A stretch of DNA of 64,000 nucleotides from Dehalococcoidia bacterium. GTDB taxonomy: Bacteria; Chloroflexota; Dehalococcoidia; Lucifugimonadales; CBDEGW01. Below the pieces are notes generated by a model that was not told the DNA's origin, did not search any database, and saw only the letters and a program-made list of their open reading frames with translations. How positions within the stretch are numbered: position 1 is the stretch's first letter; every line of letters begins with the position of its first letter. Below, piece after piece: positions 58,764 to 64,000 of the stretch. The stretch covers positions 861,340 to 925,339 of the forward strand of contig CBDEGW010000004.1 of NCBI GenBank assembly GCA_965237935.1, given 5' to 3'. Made by a program: the position numbers and the translations under genes.

Positions 58764-60089
58764 TCAGTCTCCTCCTTGGTCCGCCTCATAGGGGACCACG
58801 CAAGCAATGGTCGTTCCGCCTCCCCCCTCGCCACTCTCCACGATGAGCGCTCCTCCCAACTGCTCGGCGTCCGTCCGCATGCCGTCGAAGCCGCGGCCGC
58901 GCTCGGCGTAGTCGTCGGGGAGGCCCACGCCGTCGTCCGAGACGGACAGCCGGATGTGGTCGGCCTCGAAGTCGAGCTTGACCTCTACCCTGCCGGGCCG
59001 GGCGTGCACGAAGGCATTGGTCAGCGCGTTGTGCGCTATGGAGAAGAGACGGGCTCGGACCTCCGTGGCGAGCGGGGGCTCGCTCCCCGACTGCGACATC
59101 CTGGCAGGGACGGCGGTGATCTTCTCAAATGTCGCGCAGTGCGACCACAACACCCGCCCCAACTCCCTGCCCTCGAAGATGTGGCCCGCGTCGATGGGAC
59201 GTCTCAGCGCCCACATGGCCGACCGTGACAGCGCCGCGGTCGCATCCAAAGCGGCCACCAGCTCCTCGTCTGACTTGCCAACCAGCTCCCTGGCCCGGTG
59301 AATCCCCAGGGAAATCAGGTAGGCGGTCTGCGCGGTCGTGTCGTGAACCGCCTGGGAGAACTCGATGCGCTCCTGTTGCACCTTCCGCTCCCCGTCCACC
59401 GCGGTCTGTCTTCTCATGCGTTCGAACCCGGTGATGAGACTGACGCACAGCACAAGGGCGTACATCGCCGCCAACCTGCCCAGCAGCACCTTCTCGTCGC
59501 CCGCATTGAGATCCAGGCCGGCGCCCACCGTCAGGGATACGAAGGTATAGGCGACGGCGGTCAACGTCGTCCAGGCCAGGCTGAGCCAGAGGGACGTGAA
59601 GACCACGGCAAACAGCGCGAGGGCCGGGTAGTAGGCCACGAAGGCGAAGCTGTCGAACCCGGGGCCGATGGTGATGCTGGCCGTGGTCAGGGCTATGTCC
59701 ATGGCGCTGAGGAGGAGCATCCAGCGCCACGTGACCGGCCTGTTCGTCAGGAGCCGGAAGTGAACCGAGCCGTTGACCGTCACCAGCGCCGCCAGCAGGA
59801 GCACGTACCCCACGTCGTCGGGGTACCAGAAGCCCGGCCGGTAGGCTATCTCGAAGGCGGACACCAGCCCGACGAACCAGCGACCCCAGACCGAAACCCT
59901 TGCCGCATACGGCACGACATCGGCGTCGGCCCATATGGCCGGCGAAAACCGCTTCGCTATGGCTCCTAGGTCAGCCTTGGGCAAGTCGAGGCTCCCAGTC
60001 CGCAGTGACAGGCTTGGATTCGCTTTCACCATCCCGCATTGAATACATCCGCCTATAGCCGCGGTCTTTGCGGTGTTTACTACTGACAA
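58764..60089 (-). CDS. sensor histidine kinase (HisKA_3/NarX-type) with polytopic N-terminal membrane domain
   Basis: H-box ...FSQAVHDTTAQTAY... and a C-terminal HATPase region (...NALTNAFVHA...DDGVGLP...GFDGMR...GG). The stop lies 1 nt from the regulator's start. The exact start is uncertain. Confidence 0.8.
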   Translation of the reverse strand: MSVVNTAKTAAIGGCIQCGMVKANPSLSLRTGSLDLPKADLGAIAKRFSPAIWADADVVPYAARVSVWGRWFVGLVSAFEIAYRPGFWYPDDVGYVLLLAALVTVNGSVHFRLLTNRPVTWRWMLLLSAMDIALTTASITIGPGFDSFAFVAYYPALALFAVVFTSLWLSLAWTTLTAVAYTFVSLTVGAGLDLNAGDEKVLLGRLAAMYALVLCVSLITGFERMRRQTAVDGERKVQQERIEFSQAVHDTTAQTAYLISLGIHRARELVGKSDEELVAALDATAALSRSAMWALRRPIDAGHIFEGRELGRVLWSHCATFEKITAVPARMSQSGSEPPLATEVRARLFSIAHNALTNAFVHARPGRVEVKLDFEADHIRLSVSDDGVGLPDDYAERGRGFDGMRTDAEQLGGALIVESGEGGGGTTIACVVPYEADQGGD

Positions 60090-60620
60090 TTTACATCAAT
60101 TGTCCAACTGCTAGTAGAGCACTTTGTACCAATGGGACTAGGCAAAGCGCTCTATCCAACATGGGTAAAAGACAAAGGCCATTTTTACCATATTCATCTT
60201 TTGCAACACCGGCGGCAAGTGCCACACTCTTTAGCAGCCTGGCCAATAGGGGAGGCCGTATTCGTTTGGCATCCAACAGACGCCTAGATGTTCCCGAGAA
60301 CGTGGGCGAGCCCGCCTCTTGCGGCAACGCTGAGAGGCTGGGCCGGCATCAGGACTTGAGGCCCCTGGCGACGCCCGCCGGGGTGGGCGAACGGCTACCC
60401 CACGAAGACATGGGCCCGGGAACAGGTGAGATCGATGAGACGCCCCAGGTGGACGCAGGGCCCGAACCGGCGCAGCGTGACGCCCAGCGTGGCCCAGGGG
60501 CCGACGATGACCCTGAGCGGCTCGGGGGCGGACCCGCACGCCGGGGAGGTCCTCATCCATGCGTGGACGCGGGCGAGCACGCTCCGACGGTAGAAGACGG
60601 TAGAAAGGGGGAGAGCAGTA

Positions 60621-63600
60621 ATGCCATCCAACAAGACGAACTCAGCCGCCAACCCGGGGAGGGTGTGTATAACCCTTAGTTTTCGTTCGGGTGTTCTCTT
60701 AACATTGGCGATGGTCGCAACGCTCCTGCTCGTTATTGCCGGCGCCAACCCCGCGCAAGCGCAGGAGATCTCAACCGTCAGGGTCAGCAACATGGACCAG
60801 CCGATAGCCGGAGCTGAGAACCTGTACTTTGGTCAGATGCGCGCACAGGCCTTCTGCACCAGCAACGTCCCCGTTACCCTGGACAAGGTCCGTATGTACA
60901 CCAGGTCCTTTCACAAACGTCCGAACTCGCCAGGCTATGCGGGAACTCTGGCGCCCTCGGTGGCCATACGCTCAGACGTATCGAGGCGTCCCGGTCCGGT
61001 GCTGCATACCCTGACCAACCCCTCCTCCATCGACGAAACCTTTGACACCGCCGAGGACTTCACGAGCAGCGGATATGAACTGGCCGCAAACACCACATAT
61101 TGGTTGACGGTCTACAGGCCAGACAATACCGGACACATTCAATTCGCAAATACGCTTTCGACCGCTGAGGACTCGGACACGGAGTCAGGCTGGTCATTGG
61201 GCGACAGCATCCTAGCGGAATATGGCATGTCTTATGACGCCCCCTGGGAAACACTTGACGAACCCTACGTCATCAGCATGGCCATCTATGCCACCGGCGG
61301 GGCCCCGACTATGTCGTCCCCGGTCTTTTCCAACGGCGTCTGCGGCCAGAAGGAATCCTACGAGTTCTCGATGAGGGAAAATAGCGCCGCGAGCACTGTT
61401 GTGGGCGCAGCGACCGCCCGCGAACCCGATGGCGACTCCCTCACCTATTCCGTCGGCGGAACCGATGCCGCGAAATTCAACAGGGTGTTCGCCCTGGACG
61501 CCAGCACCGGCGAGATTACCGTCAAGCCGGGCGCAACCGTCGACTACGAGTCAAAGAGTTCCTACTCGCTCACGTTCAGCGTGACCGACGGTGAGGACGC
61601 CTCGGGCTCCCCGGAGTCCGAGCCAACGACCGACGACACCGCCCAGGTGAGCATCCGAGTCACCAATATCGATGAACCGGGGAGCGTCAGCCTGTCAACG
61701 ACTGATCCCAGGGTGGGCCGCAGTGTGAGAGCCAGCATTTCGGATCCGGACGGCTCGCCGAAACCTTTCAGAATAGAGTGGGCCAGGGCCTTCAGGGCCA
61801 CCACCGCGTTCATTCCCTTCTTGCCCATCAGCGTCAGTGACATGACACCGGAATCCTATACTCCCACGGAAGAGGACAAGTACCAGTTCCTTAGAGTCAC
61901 CATATTTTACTTCGACAACGAATGTCGCCGGGTGTACAAAAACAACAATGATTGCCGGAGGACGGCGGAGGGAACGTTCGCCAAGGCCGTGGCGGACGAA
62001 GATGGCCTGATCGTACAGCTGCAGACGGTGAACACCCCGGCAACGGGAGAGATGTTGCTATGGAATGGCGATAGACCGGTCGTCACCCGCCAGCTTATAG
62101 CCCAGGAATGGGACATACGGGACGCCGACGGAATGATAGGTGCGAGGCTTCGCTACCAGTTTGTAACCGTTGATCCGAAGACCGGGGTCGAGACGAAGGT
62201 CTACACCAACAACTCTTGTCGATGTAACCCGCTAAACACATACACCCTTAGGAATTCCGCTCGCGGCAAGGCCGTCATGGTGCGGGTGCACTTTGAAGAT
62301 GATCGGGGCCATACCGAGGTTGTAGCCAGCCGCCTCACGACACTGGTGCCGGTCGTGGGCAACTCGTCGGCCAACGGCGGCGTTGACGTCAGGGGCACAG
62401 CACGGGTGGGGGGAACACTCTCGGTATACACAGGCCGTATCACCGACCCCGACGGCATGGAAGACTCTGAATTTACCTACCAGTGGTTGAGAAGCGAAGG
62501 GACCTACAACACGTCCATTGAGGGTGCGACAGGTTCTACCTACGTTCCCGTCGCCGCTGACGAGGGCACGTCCATCAAGGTACGTGTCGGCTTTACCGAC
62601 GATGCGGGGTATTACGAATCATTCACCAGTGGGGGCACGGCGCCGGTGGCTGCGGCCCCTGTATCTCTATTTACTGCCAGCACCCACGACACGCCCGAGT
62701 CCCACGACGGGAGCGCTGCTTTTACCTTCGAGCTGCGTTTCAGTGAGGCGCCCGCGGACGGGGTCACCGACTCCACCCTTGAGGACCACGCCCTCGCGGT
62801 GATAGGGGGCACGGTTACCGATGTGAGCCAGCTGGAAACGGGCAAGAACCTCAGGTGGGAGATAACGGTGCAGCCGTCCGGAAACGAGGAGGTCATCGTG
62901 ACGCTCCCGCCCACCATCGACTGTGCCGCCCAGGGCGCCATCTGCACCGGCGACGGCAGGATGCTATCCGTCGCGCTGGCGATCCTCGTGCCAGGCCCAC
63001 AGAACGCGCCCACCATTACCGGTACGGCCCAGGTGGGAGGGACGCTGACGGCGAGCACCACGGGCATCACCGACTCTGACGGGCTGACCAATGCCACCTT
63101 CACCTACCAGTGGCTGGCCGACGACGCGGCGATCAGCGGGGCCACCGGCTCGACCTACATGCTGGTGGCCGCAGACGTGGGCAAGGCCATCAAGATCCAG
63201 GTGTCTTTCAGCGACGACGCGGACAATGCCGAGTCGTTGACCAGCGCGGCCACGGCGGCAGTGACGGCGGCCAACAGCCCCGCGACCGGCGCGCCCACCA
63301 TCACCGGTACGGCCCGGGTGGAAGAGACGCTGACGGCGAGCACCACGGGCATCTCCGACTCGGACGGGCTGACCAATGCCACCTTCACCTACCAGTGGAT
63401 AAAGTTGGACAGCAACTTAAACGATTCAGACATCAGCGGGGCGACGAGCTCCACCTACACTCTGGTGGCCGGAGACGCAGACACGGGTATCAAGGTCCGG
63501 GTGTCTTTCACCGACGACCGGGGGAATACCGAGTCGCTGACCACCGAGTCGGCTTTGATAGTGACGGCGGCCAACAGCCCCGCGACCGGCGCGCCCACCA

Positions 63601-64000
63601 TCACTGGTACGGCCCAGGTGGGAGAGACGCTCACGGCGAGCACCACGGGCATCTCCGACTCGGACGGGCTGACCAATGCCACCTTCACCTACCAGTGGAT
63701 AAAGTTGGACAGCAACTTAAACGATTCAGACATCAGCGGGGCGACGAGCTCCACCTACACTCTGGTGGCCGGAGACGCAGACACGGGTATCAAGGTCCGG
63801 GTGTCTTTCACCGACGACCGGGGGAATACCGAGTCGCTGACCACCGAGTCGGCTTTGATAGTGACGGCGGCCAACAGCCCCGCGACCGGCGCGCCCACCA
63901 TCAGCGGCACGGCCCAGGTGGGAGAGACGCTGACGGCGAGCACCTCGGGCATCTCCGACTCGGACGGGCTGACCAGCGCCACCTTCACCTACCAGTGGCT
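60621..64000 (+). CDS. large secreted cadherin-domain / Ig-like repeat surface protein, 3' partial (>1,126 aa)
   Basis: It is not in the ORF track because no stop codon occurs before the window end. ATG 60621 is preceded by AAGGGGGAG. Signal peptide ...LLLVIAGANPAQA/QE. Cadherin-like repeat (...REPDGDSLTYSVGG...ALDASTGEITV...YSLTFSVTDGED...VRVTNIDEPG). At least five ~100-aa repeats of the type PTITGTAQVGETLTASTTGISDSDGL..ATFTYQW....ISGATSSTYTLVA.D.G..IKVRVSFTDD.GN.ESL. Confidence 0.85.
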   Translation, partial: MPSNKTNSAANPGRVCITLSFRSGVLLTLAMVATLLLVIAGANPAQAQEISTVRVSNMDQPIAGAENLYFGQMRAQAFCTSNVPVTLDKVRMYTRSFHKRPNSPGYAGTLAPSVAIRSDVSRRPGPVLHTLTNPSSIDETFDTAEDFTSSGYELAANTTYWLTVYRPDNTGHIQFANTLSTAEDSDTESGWSLGDSILAEYGMSYDAPWETLDEPYVISMAIYATGGAPTMSSPVFSNGVCGQKESYEFSMRENSAASTVVGAATAREPDGDSLTYSVGGTDAAKFNRVFALDASTGEITVKPGATVDYESKSSYSLTFSVTDGEDASGSPESEPTTDDTAQVSIRVTNIDEPGSVSLSTTDPRVGRSVRASISDPDGSPKPFRIEWARAFRATTAFIPFLPISVSDMTPESYTPTEEDKYQFLRVTIFYFDNECRRVYKNNNDCRRTAEGTFAKAVADEDGLIVQLQTVNTPATGEMLLWNGDRPVVTRQLIAQEWDIRDADGMIGARLRYQFVTVDPKTGVETKVYTNNSCRCNPLNTYTLRNSARGKAVMVRVHFEDDRGHTEVVASRLTTLVPVVGNSSANGGVDVRGTARVGGTLSVYTGRITDPDGMEDSEFTYQWLRSEGTYNTSIEGATGSTYVPVAADEGTSIKVRVGFTDDAGYYESFTSGGTAPVAAAPVSLFTASTHDTPESHDGSAAFTFELRFSEAPADGVTDSTLEDHALAVIGGTVTDVSQLETGKNLRWEITVQPSGNEEVIVTLPPTIDCAAQGAICTGDGRMLSVALAILVPGPQNAPTITGTAQVGGTLTASTTGITDSDGLTNATFTYQWLADDAAISGATGSTYMLVAADVGKAIKIQVSFSDDADNAESLTSAATAAVTAANSPATGAPTITGTARVEETLTASTTGISDSDGLTNATFTYQWIKLDSNLNDSDISGATSSTYTLVAGDADTGIKVRVSFTDDRGNTESLTTESALIVTAANSPATGAPTITGTAQVGETLTASTTGISDSDGLTNATFTYQWIKLDSNLNDSDISGATSSTYTLVAGDADTGIKVRVSFTDDRGNTESLTTESALIVTAANSPATGAPTISGTAQVGETLTASTSGISDSDGLTSATFTYQW
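63006..64000 (+). repeat. ~300-bp in-frame tandem repeats inside the surface-protein gene
   Basis: Repeat starts (GCGCCCACCAT) at 63006, 63291, 63591 and 63891. Segments 63401-63590 and 63701-63890 appear identical at the nucleotide level. Confidence 0.9.

Noticed and set aside
62612-63988. Repeated minus-strand ORFs (MKVALVSPSES...) at 62612-63103, 63155-63388, 63455-63688 and 63755-63988.
   Set aside because: They are antisense to the open, motif-rich plus-strand adhesin frame, and they repeat only because the underlying 300-bp coding repeats do.

Overview
A ~60% GC bacterial chromosomal segment that is unusually rich in mobile DNA. It holds five near-identical 1,704-bp IS1380-family elements. 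Four of them sit inside genes, and each has its own CTWAR-type target duplication. There is also one IS256-family element, one IS3-family element, and at least ten copies of a ~140-160 bp MITE-like palindromic repeat in two related subfamilies. IS DNA alone is about 17% of the window. The backbone is ordinary redox and housekeeping metabolism: msrB, an ABC-F ATPase, a CopB-type Cu ATPase, RNase D, pirin, AKR, Gfo/Idh/MocA, an epimerase, amt, Fe-ADH, two LLM oxidoreductases, an M20 peptidase, MmgE/PrpD, and a GT4/PTPS/MDR operon. Other content includes a pseudopilin trio, a NarL-type two-component pair, and a >1,126-aa surface repeat protein that runs off the 3' end and is therefore missing from the ORF track. 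Many genes are broken: a cupredoxin, a ~1,400-aa six-domain multicopper oxidase, cvpA, a tandem two-domain CoA-transferase, an M20 peptidase and an SRPBCC gene. The most interesting items are listed here. (1) The dense MITE-like family. (2) An AhpD/CMD-family gene with an in-frame TGA exactly at the second Cys of its CxxC motif, followed by a SECIS-like hairpin, so a candidate selenoprotein. (3) The IS1380 burst that knocked out a copper-oxidase locus. (4) A Cas4-like/DUF2779 nuclease next to a NYN-LOTUS protein. (5) A Cheo-type SOS box in front of an orphan DNA-repair radical SAM gene. I did not find one clear, complete novel multi-gene system. All family calls come from motif recognition by eye, with no searches run. 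Taxonomy cannot be assigned from the sequence; the gene content and SOS box type are merely compatible with a Chloroflexota or Gram-positive-like lineage.
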